Source: Schmidtea polychroa
Lineage: Eukaryota
Reading direction: 5' to 3'
Assembly (NCBI GenBank): GCA_044892525.1
Contig: CM097885.1
Coordinates: 237,586,001 to 237,650,000 of the forward strand
DNA: 64,000 nt
Shown here piece by piece: positions 13,501 through 27,083 of the stretch. The notes under the pieces were generated by a model, which saw nothing but the letters and a program-made list of their open reading frames with translations, made no database searches and was not told where the DNA came from. The position numbers and the translations under genes were made by a program. Position 1 is the first letter of the stretch. Every line of letters begins with the position of its first letter.

Positions 13501-16500
13501 TTTTTTTTAATAAAATTTTAAAAAACATTCAAAAAAAATGTTTTTAATTAATATAAAAATAAATTTTAATTTAAAAATTAAAAATTAAAAATTGTTTTTA
13601 TACAAAAAATTTAACAAGTAACAACACCATCCCAAGTATTAAATATACAAGTTAAATTATTTAAATACATTCAAAATCCCTGTAGTCTGGCTATTTTGAA
13701 TCTTAATTATAGGATTTAAAGATCTAATTAACAACGCCTCGTTACTCGTTCCCAGTAATTACTCAGACTCTTCAACAAGATCTTAAAATCAGTAATATTT
13801 ATTTTTTTACTTGTACACTTCCTAAAATGATAACTAATGTGTGTCAATTCATTCTGTCGGTAATGCTTATGAACTCGAGTGATCTCTGCACTTGATGAGT
13901 ACTATTAAACGGTCGAAATATCTAGCAATGTTATATTTTAATATACTTAGTTGACGATTTTCTATTATAGTATATAAATTAAAGTCTCGGTAAACTTGCT
14001 TGAAAACATCTTATGGAATATGCATTTTTATAATTGGACTTATCTATGAATGAAAAAATTGAATGCAATTCTATTGCTACTAACAAAGTTTATCACTTTG
14101 AATTTGAGTTATGATGAGATTATTCAGGAAATTCTCTTTTGTTAATATTTTGTGTTTCTATGCAGTGGTGGGATTCAGCCGGTTCGTGCGAACCGTTTCC
14201 TAAATGTTTTTGGGTTCGCAGATATTTATTGATAAAATATACGTGATTTTTCATAAATCAAATAAAAATCAGTTAGAACTTAAGAATATTTCTGAAGGAC
14301 TTCGGCTAGAAATTATAAAGATTGGCAGAGTTTTAGGACCTGGATGGGCCGCTTGCAGCTTAAGATCAACAGTTGCTGTATGGAGGGCTTATCCAGCTTT
14401 ATATAAATATTTTGTTTCTAATGCGAAATATTCAGGAATGCTAATCGACTTCGCAATAAATTCTTTTTACAAGATTTAGCAATAATGATTGATATTTTGC
14501 AAGAAATTTCATATGTTTCAAACGCGCTTCAAGCTAGAAATTTAAATATTTTACGAGCCCAAAATTTAATAAGAAGATCCATGTTGGCCATTAAAATGAT
14601 AAAAGAAAATAAAGGTATATATGAAAAGAAAGTGAATGAAGTCATCAATTCAGATGCTTTTAAAGATATTAATTTTATAGAGCATACAATTTACAGTAGA
14701 CTCCATTTATTGGCAACAAAAAGTACGAAAAATGATACCAATAAACTTTTTGAAGTTATTAGCGTTCTGGAGCATGATTCTTGGAACATCGATGAGATTG
14801 TGGTTCCATGGATAGCCGCAGAAGAGAAATTGGTCGGATTCACAGATATTTTTAAATACAACATCGACGTAAATGACTTCCGTGACTTTTTGGAAAATGT
14901 TATAAGCAATCGCGAAATTTTTGTCATTCCAAAATCAATACAAAGAGCAAAAAACATTATCAATACTGTAGCGATTAGTTCTGCGGAAGCAGAAAGAGGG
15001 TTTTCTACAATGAATCTAATATATTCCGAAAAAAGAAACCGTTTAATTGTTCAAAATGTTGCTAATCTCATGGTAATAAATTTAATTGGTCTTCCTTTGG
15101 ACATAAAACTTGGTTGAGGAAGAATCACTCTGCAGATGACAACAGTAAAAAAAACCTGCACCAAACTATAATGATAATCAAATTTCAATTTGGAAATATT
15201 TTAAATAATTTTAAACACTATATATATAAATAATAACTATCCTGTTTCTATTACCTTTTTTTAACTGTTTTAATTTAAAATAATATATGAAATTAAATAA
15301 TGAATTGAAATAAAAACGATAACAAATTTTTGATTTTTTTTTACGGCCGAACCGGTTCTCAATTGTTTTCCGGATGCGAACCGGTTGTTAAATATTTTGA
15401 ATCCCACCACTGTTTCTAGGGCTTAGAATATCTGGTTCTTTGTCATTTCGAGGTATATTTCATGCTTTATAGTCCAGAAATAAAATTCATAAAGGAAATA
15501 CGTATGTTTAATTCATTCCAAATTTGTTATTATTGTTTGGACATCTTTCGCCTTTGATACAATCCAATATTTTGATTTTTTCTTCAGCATAATTTAATTT
15601 CATTATAAAGCACTCATACTAAATTAATTTATTTATTCATATATTTTACCTCGATAACTTTTAAATGTTATTATTTACAAATTAACTAAAAATTGGAGTT
15701 TTGCACAGTGGTAAAAACCAGGAAAAATCATCTGAGTCGAATAGGGAATGTATTACAAAACCAAGATCAATAAACGATTTATTAAAACTGATAAGTAGAG
15801 AGTTTACTCTCGAAATGAATGTAGTTGTATGAGATCAAACTCATTTGCCACATATAGACTATGATTTTGTGTATGATATTGTGCGCAATCGTGAGACATT
15901 AAAAGAGCAATTCGTTCAATCCAAAGTTCCGTTATCGGCTGGAGAAATGATATGCGATTCTTATTCGAGTTTTGTGAACCATTTCGATATTATTTGACAA
16001 TAGTGATTTTCCTTTCATCCATCATTTCACAAAATTACCAAGTTTTGAGCAATGCGTGTTACAATACTCGAGTATTCTTTGTGATTTTAGCATTTATTCT
16101 ACTGTCACGTGCAAAACCGCTTACTACAAGTTTGAAAGTTTATTTTGTGTGTGTGGATGGATTTATGTTTTTCTGATCACATATTCAATTTTGATTTACC
16201 TACAAGATTAGAACAAGGTCTGCAAAGTTATAGAAAAGCTAAAAAATTGTTTTAAATTTACTGGAGCCGTGAATCCTTTTCTATAAGTACTAAACATTTG
16301 TGCAGAAAGAGCCTTTTAGTTTATGCAAAATTTGTGTTTCTTCAGAAATGATACTTTGAATTCAAGGTTTATCCTAAGTAATAAAGGATGAAACATGAAA
16401 ATTGTCACACTTATTACACATCCTTTTCAATTCACTCAGATACGATTCGCATACAGTGTCTTACTTTCAAATCACAATTAATTTTAAAAAGAAACTAGCC

Positions 16501-19500
16501 TTCCTAATTTTTCTGATACACTTTTTGCATTGAAATTTTCAATTCACATAGTATCAAAGACATTGCTGCTTAAGGTCATAGAATGTATTTGGAAATGATG
16601 TATTTCATTATGATGATAAAATGCGGTTTTACATATTATGAATTCTAGAGAGAGAATGCATCTCAACAAAATAGCCTAATCGTATTTCATAACATTATAA
16701 GCACAAGCCAAATATTTGATTTTCCAGCTATTCACAAAACATTTGAAGAAACTTTAGTAGAATCTTTTTATTTGTGTCTGATAGTGCATTGTGTATGAAG
16801 AAAGCATTAAAACATTTTTTTGTTTTATAGATCGCTGATCACCATATGTACTGTCATTCTCATAATTCGACTCTAGCTTCAAATGCAGGGAGGATAATAT
16901 TTATTGAGGTCAACCACTGCATGACCATGCTGAAATCTGTTCTTATGAAAGCTCCATTACGTCATTCAATCTTTTTCGTCGTGTAGAATGTAGTGTATTT
17001 TTTCCACCTCTTCCTCCTTAACCAGAAGCCAAAAGTGTTTCTTATTTTCAAAAAGATTTAAAGCCACTATTCTGGATTATAATAAACTTATTTTTCAAAT
17101 TTAACAATAATGGCCGTTGACAGTTGACAAAAAGCACGGTAACGTAACCGTTTCATTTATTGTTAATATTATTGTTAGAAATTTTTTCATAAACTCAATT
17201 AGTTTTAAGCACATCATTTTCTTGATAAATATTTGATGAAAATATCGTTGTATATTAAATATTGTCACAATTTTTTATTATTTAAAGCATCAAATTATGC
17301 AGGTTCTATCAAGACAAATTAGGCATTTACTGTGAATTTATACCTCAAATGATTTTCCTATTATCTATATTTGGTTATTTAATAATTGAAATATTTTACA
17401 AATGGATTGCTTTTACATCCAAAGATTCTTATTGTGCTCCGAGTTTATTAATTGGTCTCATAAATATGTTTATGTTTAACTACAATACTCCACCAACAGT
17501 GGCAGGTCAGTGTAACCCTAATGGGACATTTTATCGTGGCCAAGTTCGTTTGAAATGCATATATATTTTGTCATAGTATATTATTTAGGCAGCCATTCAA
17601 TCAATATTAGTGGTAATGGCGATCATATGCATTCCCTGGATGCTTTTTACAAAACCATTTATTTTGAGAAAAAGGAATATCAGCTCAAAACGAGTATGTT
17701 ACTATTTTTAGCTGTTACTCTTTTACTATTGACATTTTTAGACTGAAAATTTGAATGGGAAAATTAATGATATTGGAGGTGTAGAACGAATTGATTTGGG
17801 AGCCGGTGATAATTTATCTGTAACTCAAGAAGTAGAAGATGAAGTAGGCTTTTGCTAGTTTTAATATTTATACGAACTCCATTTTCTCTTTAGATCGATA
17901 GATAGTTTGATTGATTAATTGATTAATAGATCAATAGATAGTTTGATTGATTGATTGGTCGATTGATTGATATATGGATAGATTTATTGATTGATTAATT
18001 AATCGATTGGTTGATATATAGATCGATAGGTAGTTTGATTGATTAATTGATCGATATATAGATAGATATTGGTAAGAATAGGCTTAATTTTTGATGGTTC
18101 TATTATTTTAAGAGTATTTGTGTATTGTTTAAATATTGGAAATTTTGGTGCGTGTTTTAAAAGATTAAATTTTAATATTTTACAAGAAATTGTTTGATTT
18201 ATGAAGTAAATTAAATTTCTAAAAAACTATGGCTGTAAAATTTTGGAAATTATTGATGTTAAATATTTACAATTCCTAAACAGCATCGAATATATATTTC
18301 CTGAGAGATATTTAGCTTATTGTATTCAACATGAATATCATGTAAATTATGCATCTGAATTGCGTGTATATTGCATGTTGCTATTAATAGGATATTGACA
18401 TTGTTTATAAATTGTATGTTACTATTTATTAACGTCTCATATGGCTTATTCAGTCACAACTCAATGAATCCGCTATAATCAATAATCACGTGAGAAATAT
18501 TAAAATAGTAATGCAACTTTATTTCTGTCCTATTTTATTACATAATTCAATAAAATTGGAAATTATAAATTTTAGATCATTTGTTAATTTTAATCAATAA
18601 CATCTCTATTATGTGAAAATCTACTTTTCTCTAATAGAAAATGCATAATTTACCAAAGTATTTATAATAAAATTTCAACACTTTGATAAATATTATAAAT
18701 TTAATTTAAATAAATCGCTTTGAAATTTTGGCTAAAACTCCTGGTAACGATAGCTAAATTTAGAGTTCATATGGTTTGAAATAGACAGTGCTATAAAAGC
18801 TTAAAATTATTGGATCAACTAAAAAGTAGAATGTAAGTAAATATATTTATAAACGAACAAATTTTAAAACTCTATTAAAATCATTTTTAAGAATATTGTC
18901 TCTAAACATCCACTCTTCTAGATACAATGGCAATTTTTCTTTTTTAACCCCCTTCATAGATTTAATTTTACTTTTTTGTCTTGCCCAGTAATTTTCTATG
19001 GCTTTCAAATGGCTTAATAAACTGTGTTTTATGGTTTACTGTTGAATGGGCCAAATTTCCATTTTTTTGGTATTTAGATATTCTTTCCACTCATCAGATC
19101 ATATAATATATCGAGGCAAGCACATTCTGTTAATTATTGGTAATAGGGTTTTTTGAGACATATCTGGTACAATACACATATCCTTTACTAGGAATATAAC
19201 TTGTATCAACAATACAAAAAACCCAACCATACCAAGGACAAGTTTTAAGGTCTAAAACAAATTTTGCTAAACATGAACCGGATCTGACAGATTTTGTAGT
19301 CTTAAATTTACTGCAAACGGGATTCATTCACTTCCAGAACTTTCCTCCGTTAATTTTAAAATTAAATTTCTAAAAACCTATATTAATAATAGGGTTTAAA
19401 CAAAAAGATTTATTTGATAAATTTGTGAGGTAAAAAATCTGTTAATTTTTAGTTGATTCAAATCATTATTATTAAACTCAATTACATTACAGTCTTCTGA

Positions 19501-22500
19501 ATAATAAAAGGATTTAAATCCAGTTATATTTACTTCATAAAAAATCTCTTTCAAATTCCACGATATTCAAGCATATCTTTTCGAGATGTTTATAAAATAA
19601 TTTTCATCTTGGAGTTGAACTGTAAAATTTTAAATACACTTTAAATAATTTAGAATTTAATAGTGTAAAATATTTGTTTTACGGATGTCTAACATTAAAA
19701 TAATATAAACATTACAAGCTTTGTGATACCCGTTGTAAATCCTAATAGTAGACTAGTTTCGAGCTTTTGGCTCTCATCAGTATTGTTCAGGAGACGCGAA
19801 GATTTCTCTTCGCGCCAGGTAAGTATACAATATTGCTGATTCAACTCTATTGCATACTTTCCCTGTTACATTGGAAATTACATCACTTGCAAATTAACTA
19901 AATCACAGAAAAAAATATCTGCAAACTTGTAAACATGGCGTATGAAAAATTATATTCGCCCCTAGAGACGCCGTCTATACACAGAAACTGTTTACAAGTG
20001 CATCCGTAAACCTTTAGCATTTTTAAATTGTAATGGTGTAAAATATTTTTTACGGATGTCTAACATTAAAATAATATAAACATTATAAGCTTTTTAATTT
20101 ATATATTATATGAACTTTTTTCAATTTTCTCCTCTGATTTCTTTTCAATTGACATTGTATTTATATTATTAGAGTCTATAACAATTAACTTTTCACTCAT
20201 AATTCCCAAATTTATTTCGGTACAAGTTGTAAATAAAATAATTAATTAATTAAAATATTTTTGAGACAATTACTAATTATTTAATATCGACATTGGCATT
20301 TCAATCAATAACCATTCATAAAAATTGTATTAATTAAAACATTTGTTTTTTTATTTAAAATCTAAAATTATTTTTATTTAAATAATAAAATTATTTTAAA
20401 ATTATTTCGATGTTAAAATTTTGTTTTTTAATTTTTCTCCTCGCAGATATAATTGTCTTATATTCTCACATTTTTTAAATCCTCGCAATTATTATTATTT
20501 TTGTCGGGGTTCGTATAAAATAAGCTCAAAATAAGTTGGAATGTGCAAAACATTAAATGTGTAAATCAATAAAATTCAAAAATCTAAAATTAATTTAAAT
20601 TTTGAAAAAAAAATCAAGATGACGTATTTTGAGGGCAATTGGTATGTACGGATAGCGAACATTGAAACGAATACAGATATACTGATATGAAACTGATGGG
20701 TGGGGCCAGAAAAAGATATTCAAGAAATACAAATTAATTAAAAATAAATGAATAATTTATTAGGTATGTGGGAAACCCTAGGCATGTAGATAATCCAGCA
20801 CACGTGGGAAACTCGAGCGGTAAACAAGTGGATAATATCATTAGGTTTCCTTTCAAAACGATTAGTTATAAATTAGAAAAACGAGATATGTGAACAAAAG
20901 CAAGATGTCGCTTGTTCATTTATTCTGTTTTTCGAAATTTTGGTCTATGCTAATTTAATTGTGCGAGTAAGCAGGATGAGCAGCAAAAGTAAGTAACAAT
21001 GTTTGGCAAATTACAGTTTGTCGAAAAAAGAGAATAAAGAATAAGTAATAAATAATAAGAAGTTTAGACAATTCAAATCTTAAGATAAAAATCATTACCA
21101 AATATGAATAAACCCTTAGTGTCACCTAATTTCGATTTTTATTAAAAAGTGCAGAATTAAAAGAGTGTATTTGAGAACTTTGTATCGAAATTTGTTGATA
21201 TTTAATAGTTTTTTAAGTTTGGTTTTATCCTGATAATTGTGACAACTAGCACGAGGAGTCAGAATCAATGCCGACTTTAATAGTTATAACCCAACATTAT
21301 TATATGGAATTTTTATTGTATGAATTAGATAAATTATAAGTGATATAATCCCGAAATATATATCTTGTAAAGTTTTGCTGGGTTATTAAATAATTTAAGC
21401 AAATTGTTATCTGATTCAGTATATCCTTATTTTGAAATAAAACAATTAAATTTCGATTTCATTACAGCAATTCAATTGTCAATAATTGAAAATCCAACTT
21501 AATTCTAAGTTCTATTACATATTATTTGATCCTAGGGAAAACCATCTCGATCTATTCTCTTACAAAATTGATGTGACAAAATCAATTAAAATTATTTTCA
21601 GTCTGTATTAACTAAGTATCTGCAACAATCACTGACTCTAAACATTCAGCGAAATTTCGATAATCCTTTTCTTTTACTAGGTACGATAGAATTTTATAAG
21701 AAATCTTAAATTCTTATTTAACCCTTTCTAAGGTGGTGGCAATATACTGTACACCATTTTAAACTAATAAAAATATCTAAGTGTAACGCTGTCGGTCATC
21801 ATTTTTACTTTTAGTGCAACTACTGAGCCACAAGAGAACAAATTTATAGTATTTGAAACCATATATGTGTTTTCCCGCTATATTTATTATAATTATTATT
21901 AATAAACTTTGAGTTTTACATCACTTTTAGTTTCCTTTGCCTTAAAAAGGGTTAATACATAAGTATATTCATGTATAATTAATGTATAAAAAGACGATTT
22001 CTTGGTAGCAGCATTAATTAAATATTAAACAAGTAAATGATAATATAAGCCTTTTGCTGCAAAGTATATATTTCATTTTATTAAATATATACTTTGCATC
22101 AAAAGGCTTATATTATTGTTGGGTATTTTGTGCAAGTCGGTATGACTCCTTTGTATTCTTTTTGAAATTAAGTAAACAGCCCAACACAAACATCTTTATT
22201 CAGTTACACTTTGGTTACACTTTTTATTGATTCAACCACACTTGATACAAACCTTTTTTTGGTCTGCACTTTTCAATACAACGGTAAATCTTACGTATGG
22301 ATAAATCTTCCAATGGGAGATGTCCCTTTCTGGTACGCTCGATTTAAAATATTCAATTGACACTAAGTTCAAAGTTTTCTTTGTTACTCTCGCTAAATGT
22401 CTCGTTTCATATTCTTCGACAAACTCGCAATTTTGTTTCCTTGCGGGTCGCTTTTATACCCATCTTGTAATTGATTTTACTTTGTTAAATTATTCTGGAT

Positions 22501-23418
22501 CCAACTTCCCCCTGAACTTCCTTCTGTCGCTCTAATTGCTTTGAGGAATTTGCTCGTCTCCTTTGACGGCTTGCCCCAATTTAATTTTCCTTCCCTAATT
22601 TGATTGATAATTCAGGTTCCCTCACATCACTCGGGTTTTCCAATGTCTTGGGTTTCCCATTAGCCGGGATCTCCATCAGTTAATTAATTTTTGTTTTTTG
22701 TAATTTATTCCTTCTAGGGACCCCCCATTGATTTTATTTTATTATAGTTGAACTAGTCTTATTATTCAGCATCCGCCAATACCAGTTTCCCCCAGAAAAT
22801 ATTCATTTTTAATTTTTTGATTTTTTTAATTAATATTTTGTACTTAAAATTTTTTTGTGAATTTGGTGTTTTTATTGATTTTTCACCTCAGTTTTGTACC
22901 TTTTTTGTTGAACCCCAACATTACTAGTTAATAAATAAATGAAAATATATTGCATATGCACACTAAGTCATCACCAGACTTAACCAAAACCAAAAGGCAA
23001 ATTTTATAAAATAAGGTAATTTATTTCAATTTAAAATATAGAAAAATTAAATTTTATTGAAATTATATTTTAATAATATATTTCAATTTGTTTACAATGT
23101 TGTAAATGTTTTAAAAACATATCAAGTGAACAATAAAAGAAAAAGACGGAATTAATTAGGGATAAAGGGAAAAAATAAATATAAATTAATAAGCCCTGCA
23201 GAAATGACTTACTATTAATTTTTAATTAAATAATTCAAGTGTAATGATTGATTCTGTCATTGACTTTGTTCTTACATCCTTGCTTCTAATGTTCTCTGAT
23301 ATTTTGTCAAACAACCTTTAAAATATTAATGAATTTTTAAAATTCATTTGTTCTGGTCTTTTGGCATCTTATAGTCACTATTATTTAGGACTTTAAAATA
23401 AAAAATATTGTTCAATCG

Positions 23419-23504
<86 letters not shown>

Positions 23505-25169
23505 TTTACAAATGTGTTCTTTTCGTTTTCTTATTGAAAGTACACTCATACCTCGCTATACGGCTGCTCTTTATACGGCTTTTCGTTATAACGGCCTACT
23601 TTAATTACGGCACTTTTTCGATTTACGGCCTAAAATGTTTCGTTATACGGCCAGAATTTATACAGAATTTATATGGAATTGTATCAAAATGTATTTGATT
23701 CGTTATGCGGCGTTTCGCTTTGCGGCCAACTTTCTTGGAACGTATCTAGGCCGTAAAGCGAGGTATTAGTGTATTATATAACAATATTATATTTTTAAAT
23801 TTTTGCATTTATTTATTGTATAATGATTGGCATTTAAATATTATTATTAGCACATTTTATATCTACCCATTATATATCAGATTTAAATTTTATTGGCTCA
23901 TAAGGATCTGTTGTTCAATTTTTTTTGGTCTTATTGTTGTTGGGGTTCGACGAGACAGTCACAAAAACAAGATGAAAATCAATAAAAACATCAAATTCAC
24001 AATAATAATTTAAAGTACAAAAATATTAATTAAAAATCAAAATCAAAATAATAATGAATATTTTATCGGGGAAACTAGTATGGGCGGATGCCAAACAAGG
24101 AGATGAGTTCAAATATAATAAAAATAAAGTCAATCGGGGGTCCCTAGAAGGAAATAATTACAAAAAACTAAAAATTGATTAATGGAAACCCCGAGCAGTG
24201 TGAGAGGACCCGATTGGGCAATTAAATATGGTTGAGACAATCGAATTAGCCGACAAGAGATTAAATTTGGGATGGGCTGTCAAAAAAAATGAATAAATTG
24301 ACTAAACCAATTGGGTCGGCCATAGGAAGGCAGGAGAAAAATATCCAAAGTAATTTGATAAGGAGATAATATGATTACGAGACGGGTATAAAAGCGATGG
24401 CAAGTAATCAGAATTACCAGTAGGTCGAAGAAAGAAAAGTTATAGTATAGCTAAAGAAAGCATTTTTTAACAATATTATATTTTTATCGTTTTATGTATT
24501 TTTAAAGTTTTGCATTTATTTATTGTATAATGATTGCCATTTAAATATTATTATTATCACATTTTATATCTACCCATTATATATCAGATTTAAATTCATT
24601 TTTGGCTCATAAGGACTCTTATGTAATTTGTTTTTGGTCTTATTTTGGTTTTAGGTCAAGCAAAATAATTTTATGTTATTTTTCAGTTTGAGTTCGGTGA
24701 GTGCCTAGTGCATCAGTGTATCCATACAATTGAATATTGTCTCGGTTGTATATCTAATACAGCTTCATATTTGAGATTGTGGGCATTAAGTTTAGCTCAT
24801 GGACGTTTGTTTTTGTGATTTTAGTGAAAATCTAATCTAGCCTTAATATTTGTAGAATTATCCGAGGTTTTGTGGGAAATGGTTCTAAGAATAGGTTTAT
24901 CGCAATCCAGCTATTTCGGTTCAGTCGTGCTTTTTATCGTATTTGCATTTTGGTCATCACTAACTGTTTTTGTTCTTCTTTTAATGGAAGGTTTGTCAGC
25001 CTTTCTCCACGCGCTTCGATTGCATTGGTTATTTCATTATTTGTTTTACAGCTTTTTTTTAAAAATCGATTTTAGGGTTGAATTCCAAAATAAGTTCTAT
25101 TCCGGCAATGGTTATAAATTTATTCCGTTTTCATTTGAATTTATTAGTGAATCAAAATATGAAGAATAA
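266..25169 (+). CDS. ATP6V0A1: V-type H+-ATPase V0 subunit a (116 kDa subunit), 15 coding exons: 266-382, 429-507, 551-777, 821-918, 7890-8016, 8059-8141, 10866-11037, 11951-12361, 12408-12778, 17303-17543, 17589-17693, 17742-17843, 24687-24804, 24856-25027, 25076-25169
   Basis: Manual GT-AG splicing gives an open 2517-nt CDS (838 aa). It starts [17 protein letters not shown] and includes [57 protein letters not shown] (essential Arg) and [23 protein letters not shown]. The symbol is the closest vertebrate-type name; exact paralog assignment is not established. Confidence 0.95.
1434..2044. mobile_element. hAT-type MITE
   Basis: TIR TAAGGTGACCAGA / TCTGGTCACCTTA; 8-bp TSD gttatgta/gttatgca. 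Confidence 0.85.
5453..5681. mobile_element. piggyBac-like MITE
   Basis: TTAA-CCTTCTAG ... CTAGAGGG-TTAA. Confidence 0.6.
6744..7056. mobile_element. hAT (Charlie/Buster-type) MITE
   Basis: TIR CAGGGGTTTCAAA / TTTGAGACCCCTG; perfect 8-bp TSD tattagac; subterminal GCGGGCCGC motifs. Confidence 0.92.
9001..9185 (+). pseudogene. hAT transposase C-terminal dimerisation-domain fragment
   Basis: Translates to [32 protein letters not shown], a typical hAT C-terminal motif; an in-frame stop follows shortly. Confidence 0.75.
10490..10539. repeat. (TA)n microsatellite
   Basis: Read directly. Confidence 0.95.
10584..10665. mobile_element. 82-bp piggyBac-like mini-MITE
   Basis: TTAA-CCCTTTAATGGAC ... 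GTCCGCGAAAGAG-TTAA with internal palindrome ATGACGTGTATACACGTCAT. Confidence 0.6.
14163..15412 (+). mobile_element. Internally deleted hAT transposon carrying a broken C-terminal transposase fragment (about 14210-15200)
   Basis: Perfect TIR CAGTGGTGGGATTCA / TGAATCCCACCACTG; TSD tttctatg/tttctagg; ORF contains [21 protein letters not shown]. Confidence 0.92.
17891..18068. repeat. Degenerate (GATT/GATA)n simple repeat
   Basis: Read directly. Confidence 0.8.
19664..20092 (-). mobile_element. Penelope-like element or retrozyme remnant bounded by direct repeats of about 57 bp
   Basis: tgtaaaatatt..ttacggatgtctaacattaaaataatataaacatta.aagcttt occurs at about 19664 and about 20037 and encloses a hammerhead core. 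Confidence 0.65.
19741..19791 (-). ncRNA. Minimal type-I hammerhead ribozyme
   Basis: Minus strand reads CUGAUGA-gagc-caaaa-gcuc-GAAA-CUAGUC. Catalytic boxes are intact, stem II is 4 bp, stem III is a short palindrome (ACUAGU), the cleavage triplet is GUC, and stem I is partly degenerate. Confidence 0.8.
20502..21296 (+). mobile_element. Solo LTR, small (0.8 kb) family
   Basis: TGTCGGGGTTC...ACCCAACA termini, near-TSD tttt/ttat, similar to the copies at 22117 and 23938. Confidence 0.7.
21722..21951. mobile_element. piggyBac-like MITE
   Basis: TTAA-CCCTTTCTAAGG ... CCTTAAAAAGGG-TTAA. Confidence 0.7.
22117..22920 (-). mobile_element. Solo LTR, small (0.8 kb) family
   Basis: TGTTGGG...CCCAACA termini, near-TSD ttat/ttac; on the minus strand a GGGTATAAAAGCG TATA box (about 22455) and AATAAA (about 22197). 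Confidence 0.8.
23422..23502. repeat. (TA)n microsatellite
   Basis: Read directly. Confidence 0.95.
23543..23771. mobile_element. Tc1/mariner-pogo type MITE
   Basis: TA-CACTCATACCTCGCTATACGGC ... GCCGTAAAGCGAGGTATTAGTG-TA; internal TACGGC repeats. Confidence 0.8.
23938..24435 (+). mobile_element. 3'-truncated LTR, small family
   Basis: Starts TGTTGGGGTTCG and is colinear with the reverse complement of 22117-22920 up to just past GGGTATAAAAGCG. Confidence 0.7.
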
Positions 25170-25282
25170 TTCTAATTGTGATAGATTTAGTTATCTTCTT
25201 TTAATTTCCTCGTAATCTCATTTGGTTTTGTTTTGACTTTATTTATTTATAAATAGATAGATATTTTGTCATTATCGTGACG

Positions 25283-25306
25283 TGTGTGTGTGTGTGTGTG
25301 TGTGTG
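25283..25306. repeat. (TG)n microsatellite in the V-ATPase 3' UTR
   Basis: Read directly; AATAAA follows at about 25336 and about 25365. Confidence 0.9.
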
Positions 25307-26555
25307 AGATTTAGTATAAGTTTAACTTTAACATTAATAAATTTTAGATTTTATTTGATGCTTTAATAAACTAACAATAATAAACAGTTTTGAAATATTT
25401 TCATAGTTATTTCTTTATAAATTACCTAATTTTAATATTCTGTTGGTGCATATGAAATTTTATGTTGACACTATTGAGTTAATTTTCTAACCTAATTTTT
25501 TAGAAATATCAAATAGATAAATACAATTGTGTTTCTTTTCCTTCTTGGTATAACATTTTAAATGAAACGCTACATTTAATAATGATGTTGAATTCAAAAA
25601 TGTCATAATGAGATACGTATCGTATTTTGTTGAGTTCCAATTTAAGCAAAGTGAAACGTTAGTTTTAAAAATTCCGTGATGGAAATAAATTGTTCGAAAA
25701 TGAATCTCAAATCAAAGTTAATAATGACGTTTTGAAAACCCTGGTTTAAGTCAAACATCTCAGGAACTTGCATGCTGAATGCAAGTTGATTATGCAGCAA
25801 TATTACGGCATCTGCAAGCATTAGATAGATTCAAAAACATGGGTGCCCATTGAATTTGTTGCATGTTCTTCACATCTTCGGTGAACTAACTGTGAACCAT
25901 TTCTGAATAGAATAGTGATATACGACAAAAATAGATATTTTATGATAATTATGAGAGATCAGTTCAGTAGCTAGATAAGAATGAATCCCAAAAACCCTCA
26001 TTACATCCAAAGTAGTTGATAAGTTGTAGATAAGACTTAATAGATAGGTACTTCTCATTTAATTTGTTTTAAGTGTAAGTATCTTTAGTGTAATACTATA
26101 TTTTAATAGTAATTTTTAAAATTTCTGATTGATATATTTACTATAAATGGTATATTTATTTGAGAAATCAAGCAATTCGGTGATTTGAAAATTAAAATGT
26201 TTTTAATTTTTGCGATATACCGCTATCGCTGAAAAGTAGAGTAATCAGTACAAAAATACTACCAATCTTAAAACGTCAATGTTGAATTAAATAAAAAAGT
26301 CATATTGAAAAGTTAATTTTTATCCCACCTGTGTCTGCAAATTTGTTTATGATTAAATCAAAGTCTATTTTATAAAGTTTTTGCTTCTCTACATTGAGAA
26401 TTGCAAGATCACAGACACGATCTCATCCCATCGATGCCTTTATATATGAGAGATTGAATTTCAGCTTCTTAATGGAACACTCATAACAGTTTATAGATAT
26501 TGCAATTGCTTGAAGAATTTGCAGAACAATGCGTAAATTTAGAAAGATATCATCA

Positions 26556-26830
26556 TGCTGGGGTGGTAACTCGGTTGGCTATTTCATTTGTGGCTAGTCT
26601 AAGGGTTGATTGTCCACGTTACCAAGAATCCTCTCCTTTTTCCAACACTGAGTAGGACCCCGCATAACTTACACTCCAACATAGTGCCCGTGAACTGCTT
26701 CACGTTGGTACTGCACTATGCCGGCGAGATGCCAGTAAGCAGGTGAGCTTCTGCCTTAAAACTACTCCTTACTGAGGTCTCGACTTCCCACACTAGACGG
26801 CCGATAGAAGGTCTTACGTCGTTTCGAATT
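26556..26830 (+). ncRNA. LTR-terminal structured RNA, copy L1
   Basis: catagtgc-c-cgtgaa-ctgc-ttcacg-TTGGTACT-gcactatg; GTGAGC; ggcc-GATAGAA-ggtc. Covaries with the copies in L2-L5. Confidence 0.7.
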
Positions 26831-27083
26831 ATCCAAATCTCTCCTTACCGGTAAATCGAATGCAAAGTGGCTAACTCTCATCAAACTTCAAAACATTTTT
26901 GTATATATTTTTATGCCTAACCCTCACTAACAGAAATAAGTAGATGGAACAGGAATAAATGTATTTCATTCTTAAAACACAATACAACAGAAGATCCATA
27001 TGTACAGATAGATGGTATGACAGAGAATCACATACAATCCTAATGATAGAGGTGATAGTCACTAAACTTTCTGCCGGAGTTCC

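Noticed and set aside
13885..13930. Second hammerhead-like motif (ttgatgag..gtcgaaat)
   Set aside because: The core C is mutated and the stems are poorly paired; at best a dead relic.
22039..22116. 78-bp AT-rich palindrome as a structured RNA
   Set aside because: Part of a dispersed foldback-like repeat (related sequence at about 11413-11485) interrupted by the small LTR; no RNA-specific evidence.
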